Below are positions 11,758 through 24,708 of a stretch of DNA of 64,000 nt, piece by piece. This DNA comes from Zancudomyces culisetae HAW-14-8 (Eukaryota; Fungi; Kickxellomycota): NCBI GenBank assembly GCA_052426225.1, contig JBNJNM010000011.1:3348001-3412000 (forward strand). Reading direction: 5' to 3'. The translations under genes were made by a program, and so were the position numbers. Position 1 is the first letter of the stretch. Each line of letters starts with the position of its first letter. Under the pieces are notes generated by a model that did not search any database, was not told the origin of the DNA, and saw only the letters and a program-made list of their open reading frames with translations.

Positions 11758-14534
11758 TTAGAATAGTGAGTTTTTATTTGATTTTATGGATGAGACTATC
11801 AACGACTTCAATGTGCTTGATCGCTCAGCTTCAATAAAATCCAAAGCCATATAACGAGAATCGGACTTGAGTGTATCTACAATACGGGTATATAGTGAAT
11901 CTATGACCTGCGTATGGTTCTGGGGCTCGGTTTGTATGGTTGGGTTACTGAGAACCTCCTGGGATACTATGTGCTGGACAAAATTGTTTGATACTACAGC
12001 TGTAGAAAGCTCTTTAAGCAGATGCTCAACTTCAGCTTTCTTGTATTGTATGAATGACTTTTCGAACCAATAAAGTATTTCTGAAGCAAACTTATCAATG
12101 TCAGGATCAGTGGTAGAGGCTTGAGGTTTGTTGTTATATAGCTCGTACAGCCTGGTTAGCACAGGTTCTGGGAGGGTATTTCCTAGAATGCTAGAAATGA
12201 TTGATTTCCCGTAAGAGGGACCTTGTTGAGTCGAATCGAATATCAAATCGGAGACATTGGGTTGCCAATCATCCTTCAGGTGGAATTTATGTGAATTTTC
12301 TCGTAAGAATGCACTGAGTCTGGCACCTCTCTTGTTCCAAATGTTATCTTTATGTCTCTGTACCAATCTGACCACGTCAGATTTATCGAGAGTACATTCG
12401 TAAGAGTCGGCCAACGGATAAACATCTTGCGGATAGCCCCTTTTTTTTGTCAGAAAATCGATGATTTCAGTGTCTGTTGCTTCAGCATGAAATACGTAGT
12501 CATTGAGTAGGGAAGTGAGCGTTTTTTCAGCTGTACTTCGCATAAGTTTCTTACGCTCGCTACTTGCATCGCCCATAGCTCTTTGCTGGTCTAGTCTTCG
12601 TTTGTTCTTTAGTCTTTCAAGGGCGAGTAGCTCTGTACTAAGTTGGGTAGACGACGTGCGTTCCCTGTCCCTGTCCCTATCCCTACTCTTATCCCTATAC
12701 CGATCTCTATTCCTGTCTCTATCTCTGCTCCTGTCTCTGATTCTATCTCTGCTCCTGTTTCTGTTCCTGTCTCTACTCCTATCCCTGCCTCTGCTCCTAT
12801 CTCTACTCCTATCTCTATTTCTGCTCCTATCTCTATTTCTGCTCCTATCTCTATTTCTGCTCCTATCTCTATTTCTGTCTCTTTCCCTTATAAGAACCTC
12901 AATATATTCTTTCAAGTACTTTTTCCTTTTTGCTTCGCTTTTGACGCTTAAAAATCTAATATCGTATCCACATTTTCTACAAACAAGATCCCAACAGGTG
13001 TCGAACGTTTCTCTCATTTTAGTAAGCTTATAATCTTCATTTAGATCCTTCAGCATCTCAATGAAGGACTCGTATTCTTTTTCTTCGCTATCTTTTGTCT
13101 CTCCATCGTCCTCATCCTCCCCACCCTTTACCTCTTTACTGAGTTTTTTTTCTTTTTGTTGTCGTTTTTTGACTTTATTCAGTTTTCTTAAATAACCCTC
13201 ATATCTACTTTGCCGTTTCAGGCTCGACTTAACTGATAAAAAACGAGCATCTGTACGAAACTTTTGACAAAATTTTGGCCACGACATAGGTGGATCTCCG
13301 CTCTCACTTCGCATCAGCTGCTCATAGATATCCATTTCCGTATCTATTTTCGCTCCCTTGGCCTTTACTTCACGCATCGTTGATTTATCCTTCTTCTCTT
13401 TTATCAGTTCTTTACACACCAAATCAAAAAGACCCCTCCTCTCCTGATCGCTTTCTATTAACTTATACCTGTCATCGTCAATAAATTTTAACTCTTCTGT
13501 ATCATATGAACCAAATGGATTAACGTTTTTTTCCCTCAGCATTTCCTATACAACGTTCAGTTTATATTGTTAGGTACATGTACTTTACTTCTTGGTGCAA
13601 TGGTTATATTACTGCTGCACAAAGTATGAAATATTACCTTAAATAGATCACACTTTTCCTCCTGCCCCATTTTGCTAGCTTCTACATGGTCGTCTGCAAC
13701 ATCTATACCTTCTTCATTTTCATCCCCACCATTCATCTGCTCGAGCATCCATGCAATATCGTCCTCTGTCATCCTATAATATTATTTAATCTTCTAATCA
13801 GCTGCTTTTGAGAATAAATAAGAACTATAACTGAACTAACAATGGACACATATATTAAATTTTATGGTAATGTGGATAAAGTAAATGTCATTTACTCTGT
13901 TCCTTCTTCTTGCTCGCGAACCTCTTCATTCTCCTCTTGCTCTAGATTCTCCATTGCTTTCGTTTTCTCTTTTATAACGCCTTGCAGCTCTTGAGGCAAA
14001 TACCAGGTCGAAATTTTACTGATTTCGTTATAATAGTATTCCCTTCCTTGAACAGTCTTTACTAACATGTATTCCGTCCCTTCAATTTTATGCCTATTCC
14101 CGATTTATCCATACAAATAAACATCAAAATATAACATCTGCGCATTGATTCTCTTTGGTATAGAATGAATTTATCAACCAAAACACAAACAAGATGCTTA
14201 TATTAAATACCAGCCAAAAGATTGAAGTATCCTATCTAAAAACTTACGTTTTCAGAGGCGAATCGTTTTTTGCCCTCAGCTTTAGTTCCATTAGCCTCTC
14301 TTTTCGATGCTCTTCGATCCATTTGCTCGCCATCTCTTTTACTATTCGTTCGTATTCATCTCTATCGCCCTGATTTTCTTCAGTAAAAACACCACTACTG
14401 AGTTTGCCATTTGGCATAACTATCTGGAATCCCATTGGCTTCCCCCAAACACTGATCCTCTTGTTTCTTTCATAATAATATTTTCTACCCTCCTTAGTTT
14501 CAAATTCACACCATTCCTCCACAGGATGGCTCAT
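11758..14534 (-). CDS. WW/FF-domain splicing-associated protein (Urn1/Dre4/TCERG1-like) with RD/RS repeat; exons 14534..14248, 14093..13896, 13773..13638, 13545..11758
   Basis: Two WW domains (WCEFETKEGRKYYYERNKRISVWGKP; LVKTVQGREYYYNEISKISTWYLP), Urn1-type EMTEDDIAWMLEQM motif, FF repeats (FKEMLREKNVNPF...DDRY...ERRGLF; WPKFCQKFRTDARF). All junctions are GT-AG and in frame. Confidence 0.8.
12661..12887. repeat. Coding imperfect 6/18-bp tandem repeat (ctatctctatttctgctc)n encoding (RDRSRN)n on the minus strand
   Basis: Directly visible; translates to RDRNRDRSRNRDRSRNRDRSRN... Confidence 0.9.
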
Positions 14535-15063
14535 CGGAGTTTGTTGAGAATACTTGTTTAGAGTATTTGTTGTATTTATATGATGCGCGCCTAAGGTTTA
14601 ATTATCAAAGACATGGAAAATTTATTAGCATAAAAACATGTTTATAGAAAAATTTCGTATAAAGTGGAATATTCCTGATTTATAACTAAGTTTACCATTC
14701 AAATCTTCTCCAAAATTATTAGAATCCATTTTTCCTCAACTGAACGCACTTAAAGAAAATGGCTTCTTATTCCCGGTCCTAATCCCGTCCCTGTGTCCTT
14801 AGCTTTACTCTATCTCTTCTTTTGTTTCCGTTTAACCACCAAAATTTGTGAATGTAAATCGTGGTCTTAATCGTCTGTAAGCAAGCCCCGCAAAATAAAA
14901 ACGATAAAATAATTCATTTATGTTGGAATCAACTATTCTCTGTTTATTTATCCTTTTTTAGTGTTTAAGTCACGATTTAAATAATTATTTTATTTGCTCA
15001 ATGCCTCTTATTTGGCACAAACAAAAAATTTGGACAAAAAAAAAATAAGCAAACCAAAGTAAC

Positions 15064-16354
15064 CTAGTAAAGTCTTGATCTGAAATTCTTGATCTGCTCA
15101 AAAAATACAAACATTAGCACTGTGTGTGGGCCCACCCTCAGATAATGAGCAAATAGACCCTTGGCAAAACCCAGTATTCCCTCCGTTCTGTAAATTTTTG
15201 TAACGCAATCAAATATTCCTGAATACAGCAGTCCTTTGTGGGTTATTGGGTCTTTCTTTTGATTGTATATTCTAGTTCCCACTACATCAAACGGGTTCAT
15301 TGCCAGTACCAAAAAGATACTAGATATCATACTAGCTGGTAAGACTACTTTTAGGTCGTTGCTTGAAGGAGTGCTCCCTGCACTATTTGCAAATTTCGCC
15401 TCTCTTCTCTGATAGAATCTTTCTATCGCAGCTTTACATAAATCATACGAGACCAACTGCACCGGTGAACTGAATGCCACTCTGATTGAAGCAGCTGTTA
15501 CACCTTGGTATAGTCCCTTTACGCCATTCTCGGTGTATATACGCCTGAGTCCGTCAACCACTCCGTTGTATTTATGCTGATGCCCAATGGATGCAAATGT
15601 GCTGTATGATTGTAGTCTTGTTTTAACCAGATAAAATGGTGAACCCAGTACGGCACCCATCATTCCTGAAATTGATCCTGATACTACACCAACAAAAACC
15701 CTGTTGTCACCCAGCCCATACACATTGTGGAATGTATTAGAGACTATGTTTTTTATCGGCTCATACAACCCTACCCTCACACCATTAAGCATAACCTGGT
15801 ATGCATACGCGCTTAACAATCCCTTCTGGAGTGCAAAGACACCTTCATTCTTGGCAATAACCCCCATCGCCTGCAAGACATTTTTGTATGGTGTAGGTGC
15901 ATTGGAGTTTCTCTTTGCAAGCTCACCTTGTAGCTGTAGTCTAACTTTTACCACCTATTTTGAGAATACAAAGAAGTATTGAATTTATGCATTTTACAAT
16001 TTTAAACGAACAAAGGATTGCCCAAAAGGCACCAACTTTTTGTGCTTTCAATCCACACGCATGGTAAATTTTAGCATATATTTCCTTTTTTGAAAAGATA
16101 AGAAAGAAAACCGAGGTAAAAGTATGCGAATATTAGCACGCTGGATGTCTCTGGAGTTACACTAAGTAAATATATATATATATAACCGTGATGATTACCT
16201 CAAAAATATTACTAACTGTGACTGCTCCGCATGATCCCAGCGAAGCAGCAAAAAATAAAAATGCGCGCGATGGTGCTGGAGTTTGTGTAGTATTTTGCAG
16301 CTTGGCGCCTGCTGTCGTCGTTGACGTTGGCTGTGTACCTACTTTTGCAGACAT
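15064..16354 (-). CDS. OAC1: Mitochondrial oxaloacetate/sulfate carrier (OAC1/SLC25A34-35); exons 16354..16199, 15954..15064
   Basis: SCGAVTVSNIFEVVKVRLQLQGE, GSPFYLVKTRLQSYS, MNPFDVVGTRIYNQ and YLRVGPHTVL: three carrier repeats with OAC1-specific motifs. Confidence 0.9.
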
Positions 16355-17922
16355 TAAAACCGAACAAGATCGAAAAAAAGGCTATGTGTGTTTTCTATTC
16401 GTTTCGCTTCTTGCAGCCTGTTGACATAAATTCAGGAATGGGCCTATGCTTTGTCTTTTGCGTGGTGCGCTTGTCTATCTTTATTTTCTCAAGGCGTTAT
16501 TCGGTTTGGTGTGTATTTTCATTTGTTCTTTGCAGATTGTGCTAGAAACGTAAAAAGTAATAGACAGAACCCACCTAAAAAGTGATAATAAGGAAAACAA
16601 ACTTTTTTTTTCAGCACCAACAGCTTTAAACTTGTTGGATATCTAAGTTCCCCGAGTTTCATCCTTTTTCTAACTTTTTTTTATTTATTTTTTCAAATCC
16701 ATTGTCATGGTCATAGTGAGAACCCTTGCTAACACCTTTGGACTTGATCAATTGCATTTTTTTTTTGTTAATTCTGGTGTTTTTATTGGAGAAATAAAAT
16801 TGTATTATAAATCCTCTAGGATGAAAAATGAAAAAGATCACAAAATCACAGTTATTATTGCTCATTATGGTTATTATATCCAACATGCCCTGTTATTGAC
16901 TCCATAAGATTATCTAGCCCAAACCTCTTCTTCCGTTTTTATTTTATATTTTTTTGGAGAAAAACAGAATTTTATAGATTTTCCTGATAAAAACAAAACT
17001 GTATGACAAAGTATAACATCAGGCATTAAAGAAGAAGTTGGCCCTTTAGCATTCAACCGATTTATCTTCCAGACTATTTATGTATGAGCTTTTAGAGCCT
17101 GAAACGTTAGGAGATAACTATTTCAATAACTGCAATAGGTGTTGGATAAGATACACATAGAGCATCTACACAGAAACTCGAGGCACTCTCTGCTATGGTG
17201 TATATACTTTATTCGAGACGTTGGCACTGGTTTTGGTTCTACAAATATCTTTTGACTTCTCGTAACACTAGAAAATAAACTCGAAGGGTCACGTTTGCGG
17301 GTTGGTTTCTATTAAACTTCAGTAGCGCAAATCCCATGCTCAAAATCAAAAATTTGAAATACTACACAGTATCCAGAGATGTCAATTAAGTAGAAAACAT
17401 AGTCTGCATTATGTACTATTTACACTATTTTTTGATGCTACATAAGGTGTTAAATCCAATAGCATCCACCGCCAAAACAACTTTCTGCTACATTTTGTTG
17501 TTTGGCAAACACACTTGCTCCAAATGGGTATCTGTTTGTTGGTAATAGGTGTCCTAATGAACATGCGTTTCTCTTGAAAAATAGATACCTTTGTCACCAA
17601 ACAGCGATATCTTTTTTGTGTATTTCTTACTATAAGCAACACCAAAATAAGCACCCAAAAAGTATCTACTACCTACCACCATTCATTGACTACTCAACCT
17701 ATTGATGCTTTTTCTCTTAGCTTTGGTTGATTTACTAGTTGAAATTAAAATCAAGCTTTGTAAAAAAAAACTGCAAATTAGAAAAAAAATTTTTTTTTTC
17801 TTTTTGGTAGCCACCAGAAAGTTCTAAAAATGTACGCAAATTGTGTCCCAAATGGCATAGAAAATGCACTGAAAAACTCAAACTTGGTTCAAGTTAAACA
17901 ATTGTAATACCAACAAGTAACG

Positions 17923-18706
17923 ATGAACACAGAAAAAATAAACTCTCAGCTAACGCAGCTCTCCGAGGCGCTGGAAGAGGTTGAGCTTTGGATAAAGCCA
18001 TTATTGGATGTGCCCATACACGAATTAGTCAGTGGTATGACGGTAATGGAGCGATGCAAATTGGAAACCTTTGTTGCATATTCGATACATACTCTGATTT
18101 TTAGTAAGTGTTCTTGTTTAAGTAATTTGTTATGAAATTTGTATATACAAAAGAAAAAACCAATTGTGTTGTTGTGAAAACCATCATGAGCATTATTTTT
18201 TTACCTTATAGTTTATATAAAGCTTGATGGCAAGGAGCCAAAGTCCCACCCAGTAATGTCAGAATTGGTAAGTAAAAATGCCATTATAGCTATCAATGCA
18301 GATGTTTTTGTTATCTTTTATTTGTTTTAATCAACAAAAAATAATTACAATAAAGGTTAGTTCACGGGATTGTGTACTAATATGAATGATACAACTAATA
18401 TAGCAAAATATTCAGAAATATTTGATAAAAATCAACAATGCCGAAGGGACTTCAGATCAACGTACGTCTATGAATCATATATTTTTTCTATTACTTTAGA
18501 TTTTTTTTATTTGGTCAAAATTCTTGACAGGTGTTTCAGCCCATACAAACAGATGGTGTCGGAGACAGTAGCGTTAATACCACTATATAAAAACCCTATA
18601 AAATCATTCTAACGCTGGTGCAAACACTTTAGGAAAACGCAAGATTGACGCAGAAGCAGCAAACAGATTCATAAAACATGCCATACATGAGGCCAAAAAC
18701 GAATAG
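17923..18706 (+). CDS. C1D/Rrp47 (Lrp1) nuclear exosome cofactor; exons 17923..18103, 18212..18267, 18404..18461, 18633..18706
   Basis: Spliced: ERCKLETFVAYSIHTLIFIYIKLDGKEPKSHPVMSELQNIQKYLIKI...KIDAEAANRFIKHAI, the Sas10/C1D pattern (HPVxxELxRxxxY; D..AA.RFI). Confidence 0.85.
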
Positions 18707-18998
18707 TAGCGATTTAATGTACTAGATACACCCGAGTGCCTACTATTCCCTATTAGACATCTTTGTACTAGTTATCTAGATTCGTTTTCATTCTGTGTAT
18801 ATATAGATATGTATATTTTCACCCAACCCGCATTATTCAGTAGCTTAGTTGGCTGGTATAAATAAACAACAACAATAAAAGATATATACCTCTTGATACA
18901 TATAACTTTTTAAAGCTTTTTGCTCATCTCTCATCACCACCAGCTCAAACGAACGTTCAAGCATGATGTTATTCGTAAGCAACAGCGGTATCTTACAT

Positions 18999-19022
18999 AC
19001 ACACACACACACACACACACAC
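18999..19022. repeat. (AC)12 microsatellite
   Basis: Perfect dinucleotide run between the convergent C1D and H3 3' ends. Confidence 0.95.
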
Positions 19023-19255
19023 TACTTCAATCAAATGAAACAAGGTGACAAGGGAGAAAAAGAATACAATTTATTTAGTCAAACTCTCGTACTTAGTAAA
19101 ACAAATATAATAACACAAATACTGTTTAAAAAGTAAAGAAATACATACGCCATGCAAATTCTCATAACTGTGAGCAGGCAATGAGCTCATCCTATAATAG
19201 AATACTAGAGAAAGCATTTTCTTGGACTATACGTATAAAGTCAAAACAACAGGTC

Positions 19256-19669
<414 letters not shown>

Positions 19670-22167
19670 TTATGATTTTTTGAGGGAATTAAATTCGATC
19701 AAAGATTTTGTTACTAGATATTTTTTTAATATATTAAAATCAATAGTATACTAAGATTTGTATATTTATGTAAATGAGAAAGAAAAAGAAAAAAATTATT
19801 ATTTAATACTATTTCCTTTTTCTGGTACTAATAACCGCTTTTTTTTTGTAGAGTACAATTTCCACAAGCTGCCTCGATCCGGCGTATTGTTTTTTATTAT
19901 TTTGGGATAAAATTCGCTAATGATGCCAAATATAAAACATTCAGCAAAATGGGCTAATGTGCGAATGATATTAATGAGTTGGGACAATGATACAACTCAT
20001 TGTTGGAACATGTAAGGGTATGCATAGCCAACAAAAGCCGGTTTTGCCTTTTTGTTTTTTTTCTCGTTTTTTTTACATAAGCGGTAAAACAAGCGAGGTT
20101 TATGATGTAGTTCATGAGAATGATAGTGTGAAATAGACATCAGCCTATCTTGAATAGAGAAAAGCGCAAAAAATTTCAAAATCTGATGTGATAAGCCCTA
20201 TGCATACTCATGACCCATACACCCCCCCCTCCTGTCTTAATAGAGAAAACAGATGGCTTTATTTGTTCTTGCATCCACACTTAGTATACATTTCAACTAC
20301 TTTGTCCATTCTAACTGAGAGGAAAAACGACAGATGTGATAATAGCATGTACTAATGACTAAGGTTAATGTAGTCACATTTTTAGTCCTTAGCTGACTGT
20401 AGTTTATTTTAGTGACCCACCTCCTGACTTGATGGGTAAATGATTATAAATTTAAGCAAATTAGTTTTAAATGATTGGATATTAGGTAATCACTTTCTAC
20501 GCAATATAAGCTGCCCAATCTGCAAACATCTATTAATACTAGTAAATCTGCGAACAATAATCGTTTTATTTTTGTTGTGTGTTTTAGGACACAGAAAAAT
20601 AAGTACAAACAATAATTCTTGATTTAATGGTGGTCTTTTCCCATAATCTCAAGCCGCTGCAAACTCCTAGCCAATCAGCTACAATCCAAATAATGCGCTT
20701 TTCGAATAAGGAAATCATCAAAAATTTCCTAAACCAGCAATGCTCCACCTCCTAGCTCATAGTTGTGTTGAGTGGATTTGGGAAGTAGTGCTAATGTTGT
20801 TAAATATATTGAACCCCCTCCTCCCTTCGCATGAAAAAAAAAAGGCGTACCATATGCGTGAAACAATGCGGTTCAGCTGTATGAGTAACTAGAGGAGGAC
20901 GTCTTTCGAATCAATGCATAGAAGAATTGTGAGTGCAAAATCATAAACACTCGTAAATACACACGTGTGTTTGCGTGTTTGCAATTCATTATCTGCTCAT
21001 TGCTATCCCAAATCCTCTGTGGTAGATGGATTCACAATGATAATTTTTTTGTTTTTGGTAAAGATGCAGAATATGCATTTTTGATCCATAGTTACTTTTG
21101 GCATGCACTATCAAGATGGACTTTCAAGTATAGAATAGGTGGGATGAAGTGAACAGTGATGGAAGACAATATACGTATCTAGTTGTGTGACCTCACATTA
21201 TATTGATCTCTAAAGTTACTTTATTTATGTAGCAAATTTTTTTGTTTTAGAAGCTGGATTACTTTCAGTGTTTTCAGAGGCAGCACATAATTAATTTATT
21301 TTACATTATATTGGTATCAATAGACTAGGGAGCGCCATCCGTATTTCTTAAAGGCTTTAAACATCTCACCTGGTAGAAACCGGTTGGTTCCAACAATGGT
21401 TGTGTAATATAGTCAGACTTCTAAATAGCTAGCTAACTTTAATGACTGTTGTAAAAAGTTTGAATTTGTACTAACGAGGATTTAAACCAGGCAACACACA
21501 CATCAGTACTTAAATATTTAGATAATATTAGTATTTTCGGAAAAAGACTAGTATGATTCCTCTGGCGTAGGATCGACACGCAAAGCGACTTCAAGTCATA
21601 AAATGAATAAGTGCTCGATTTTTCAACATCCTTCATGTATAACAACAGTCGGAGTCTGACTTGACTCTAGCGCTGTAGCTATGCATGTTTATATACCACC
21701 ACCATTCCTCATAACAGCAGCTGTGTGATAAAAACTTGATCGCAGGGTGGTAGAGCACAATACATACGAGAAAACTTGAGACAGGCCAACAGTTGTGAAT
21801 ATCGTGGAAGTTGATTCCTTTCCTTCACAAAAAAAACAAGATTTGTTTGGTCATTCCTCGGCACTTGTATTCGATTGTTATACTATTATCAATATTCAGT
21901 ATACCAGCTTGGTTCTGACTAAGTTGGTAGCTTTAGGCATTGTTGTTTATCAACAGATGCCTGCACCTAACAACATCAACACTAATTTGTCCGTCTTAAC
22001 ACAAAAAACACGAACATTAACAATTTCTTGGATATCCAATAGACGAGTCCGTATTTCAATGCAATAAATTTGAAGTTTTTACTACATTTTTGTGAAAAAC
22101 GCTATTTGAACAGCCGGTATTTCAAACCAAGACATCCTTAAATGTGACAACACGGTTTATAACCAGT

Positions 22168-24708
22168 ATGAATATAAATTATAGGATAGAATTAGAGTCA
22201 TATCAAATCAAGCAACACAACGCGAAAAAAAAGGAAAAGACGGGAGAGAAACACAAGAAACAAAAAAACAAACAACCGACTTTTGAGGAAATCAATGTGC
22301 AAAGGCACAAAGGAACATCGAATAGAACACTTCAGCAAAATATTGACAATAGGATAGGGAAGCTAACAATAAATAATTATTCATTGAGGCGAAGTAAGAG
22401 CAGATCTGGCGATATTCGAATAGAAGAGTACGAAACCAAAATTATCAAATACACAGTCACTAGGAAAAAGGATAAAAACGGAGTGACAACGAGTACAGCT
22501 GGTGGCGTAAATATGGAAGATGAGAATTCGAATAGCAGAGGAAGTGTACATGAGGGTATAGGGATGAATATCGGGGAAATGAAAAGGGAAATTGAAGAAG
22601 AGGAAGAGGAAGAGGAAGAGGAAGAGGAAATAGGAATTTCCTGGGAACCTAAAACGCAAAACCCAGACATCAAACAGAATAGTGAGAGCCATATAAATGA
22701 TAATGTGCTGTGTGGATATATTGAGATAGTTGAGGAGGAGAAAGAGGAGTATGAACTAGGCGTATTGCATCTGTATAAGAACAACACAGGCCCGAAATCA
22801 TCAACAGAACATAATAGCAGCTCTTTGGATGTAAACAGCGAAGCTGAAGTGGAAATAAAAGCACATGGTGTCATTGGGGTTATTGGCGTTCCAGGGTATA
22901 TGTCAGCCACTGATTTTGTAAATTTTGTAGGAAGCTTCAAAATGTACATATCCGAATTCAAAGTCATTAAAACTGAAAGCTGGGGAAATTATATAATAAT
23001 AATAAAATTTGCAGAAAACGAAGACGTAGTGACATCCACAGCGCAAGGCGATGAGGGTAAAAGAGATAAAGTAGATGGTACGTGTGGTGTGAAGGAAATA
23101 ATGAGTGAGTTTTATGAGCATTATAATGGAAAGAGTTATAGCCCATTTGAGCCGGAAAAGTGCAGAATAGTATACATTGATCAAGTAAGAATGAACAAAA
23201 GGATGATATCTGGTAGCGATGAGAGTAAAACTGAAAAGAAAATCAAAATATTTAAAACCGATGAAGATTTGAGAACAGAAATGCCAAGCTGCCCAGTGTG
23301 TTTGGAGCGGCTGGATAGCAACAGCACAGGGTTGCTTACTATCATGTGCCAACACACTTTTCACAGCAATTGCCTGAGTGGGTGGAAAGAAAATAGCTGT
23401 CCAGTTTGCAGGCAAGTTCAGCAAATGTTTATAAATCAGAATGGTAATAGGAATGACGCGGATGGCAACGCACCTCAACAGGAATGGCAGGAGCGCAGGT
23501 TGGAGAATATAAAGTGTATGGAATGTGATAGCAATATCTCGCTCTGGATATGTGTGATATGTGGTGTGGTAGGATGTGGTCGATACAAGGGTGGTCATAT
23601 GCACAAACACTACTTGGAAACAAATCATATTTATGCAATGGAGCTGGAGACACAACGGGTATGGGACTACGCTGGAGATGGTTATGTACACAGAATTATG
23701 CAAAATAAAAGTGATGGAAAGCTGGTTATGTTGGAATTACCGAACTTCAGCAACAGTGGTAATTATGTTAGCATGACAGGCGGAAGATTTGGTGTTACAA
23801 ACGATAGAACTACTGATGATATTGATCAGTATAACGACGACAGCAATTTTAACGGTAGTGGTGGTGGCCATTTCAACTCACAGGCTTTTCATAATGATAG
23901 CACTCTTGATGTAAACCACAGAACTAGTAACGTGTGTGAAAATGGTGTTACCAGCACAAGCACAGGTGCGAATGGCAGTTTGTTTACAGATGGTGATAGA
24001 TACTACGTACGCAATAATAGCGCGAGCAACTACAGCTCGAGTAAAGGAGCAGAATATAACGGCTATGCATGCACCTGTACAAATGACGATAAAGAGTTGG
24101 TGTTACACTATCATGGTCGAAACAACAATGATAAAGAGCTCAAAATCCGGTTGGATGAACTGATATCAGGCTATCAACAAATCACCGATTACAAGATCAA
24201 CCAGCTAACGAGAAAAAATAATGAGTTAATAAACGAACTCAATTCTCTAAAAGACAGGATCAAGATCCTGTCAGAAACGAAAACAGCGGCTCCTGCTATT
24301 CAAGTAGTGGGTTCGAATGCACTACTGGGCACCCAGTCGAATGTCAATGGTGGGGGTAGTAATAATGGTGGGATTGGTGGAATTAGTAACTTAAATAAAA
24401 AGAAAAATAAAAAATCGAAACAAATCAATAGTAATAATAACAATAACCAGAATACGGTGCTAGCGGATATAGAATCGCAGCTGGCAATTGAGCAAAGTAT
24501 CAATTCCAGTCTGCTTGAAAAACTAAAAATTATACAAAATGAAAACGAAAAACTTAAAGTCAACAACTTGGAGCTTAGCGAGCAAGTCAAAGACCTGATG
24601 GCCCATTTCAGCGCAGCACAAGCAGTAGCCGCTAGCCTGGACCGCGGTCAGGGTGGTGACATTACAATTGCACCTACAAGTTCATCACGACGTCGTCGAC
24701 GGCCCTAG
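22168..24708 (+). CDS. ETP1: BRAP2/ETP1 RING-ZnF-UBP E3 ubiquitin ligase (likely ATG 22168)
   Basis: BRAP2 domain (VPGYMSATDF...YNGKSYSPFEPEKC), RING (EMPSCPVCLERLD...CQHTFHSNCLSGW...CPVCR), ZnF-UBP (LWICVICGVVGCGRYKGGH...QRVWDYAGDGYVHR), C-terminal coiled coil (ELSEQVKDLMAHF). Confidence 0.93.
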   Translation: MNINYRIELESYQIKQHNAKKKEKTGEKHKKQKNKQPTFEEINVQRHKGTSNRTLQQNIDNRIGKLTINNYSLRRSKSRSGDIRIEEYETKIIKYTVTRKKDKNGVTTSTAGGVNMEDENSNSRGSVHEGIGMNIGEMKREIEEEEEEEEEEEEIGISWEPKTQNPDIKQNSESHINDNVLCGYIEIVEEEKEEYELGVLHLYKNNTGPKSSTEHNSSSLDVNSEAEVEIKAHGVIGVIGVPGYMSATDFVNFVGSFKMYISEFKVIKTESWGNYIIIIKFAENEDVVTSTAQGDEGKRDKVDGTCGVKEIMSEFYEHYNGKSYSPFEPEKCRIVYIDQVRMNKRMISGSDESKTEKKIKIFKTDEDLRTEMPSCPVCLERLDSNSTGLLTIMCQHTFHSNCLSGWKENSCPVCRQVQQMFINQNGNRNDADGNAPQQEWQERRLENIKCMECDSNISLWICVICGVVGCGRYKGGHMHKHYLETNHIYAMELETQRVWDYAGDGYVHRIMQNKSDGKLVMLELPNFSNSGNYVSMTGGRFGVTNDRTTDDIDQYNDDSNFNGSGGGHFNSQAFHNDSTLDVNHRTSNVCENGVTSTSTGANGSLFTDGDRYYVRNNSASNYSSSKGAEYNGYACTCTNDDKELVLHYHGRNNNDKELKIRLDELISGYQQITDYKINQLTRKNNELINELNSLKDRIKILSETKTAAPAIQVVGSNALLGTQSNVNGGGSNNGGIGGISNLNKKKNKKSKQINSNNNNNQNTVLADIESQLAIEQSINSSLLEKLKIIQNENEKLKVNNLELSEQVKDLMAHFSAAQAVAASLDRGQGGDITIAPTSSSRRRRRP

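Noticed and set aside
12661-12887. Regular repeat superficially like a CRISPR or satellite array
   Set aside because: No unique spacers; it is an in-frame coding repeat in a eukaryotic gene.
12503-13033. Leu/Ser-rich 176-aa and Ile/Pro/Ser-rich 102-aa plus-strand ORFs
   Set aside because: Antisense shadows of the RD/RS repeat in the URN1-like gene.
21735-21770. GGTGGTAGAGCA resembling a tRNA D-loop
   Set aside because: No TPsiC (GTTCRA) arm or acceptor stem at appropriate spacing.
22377-23703. Minus-strand ORFs of 196 and 266 aa
   Set aside because: Antisense to conserved ETP1 domains; no recognisable motifs.
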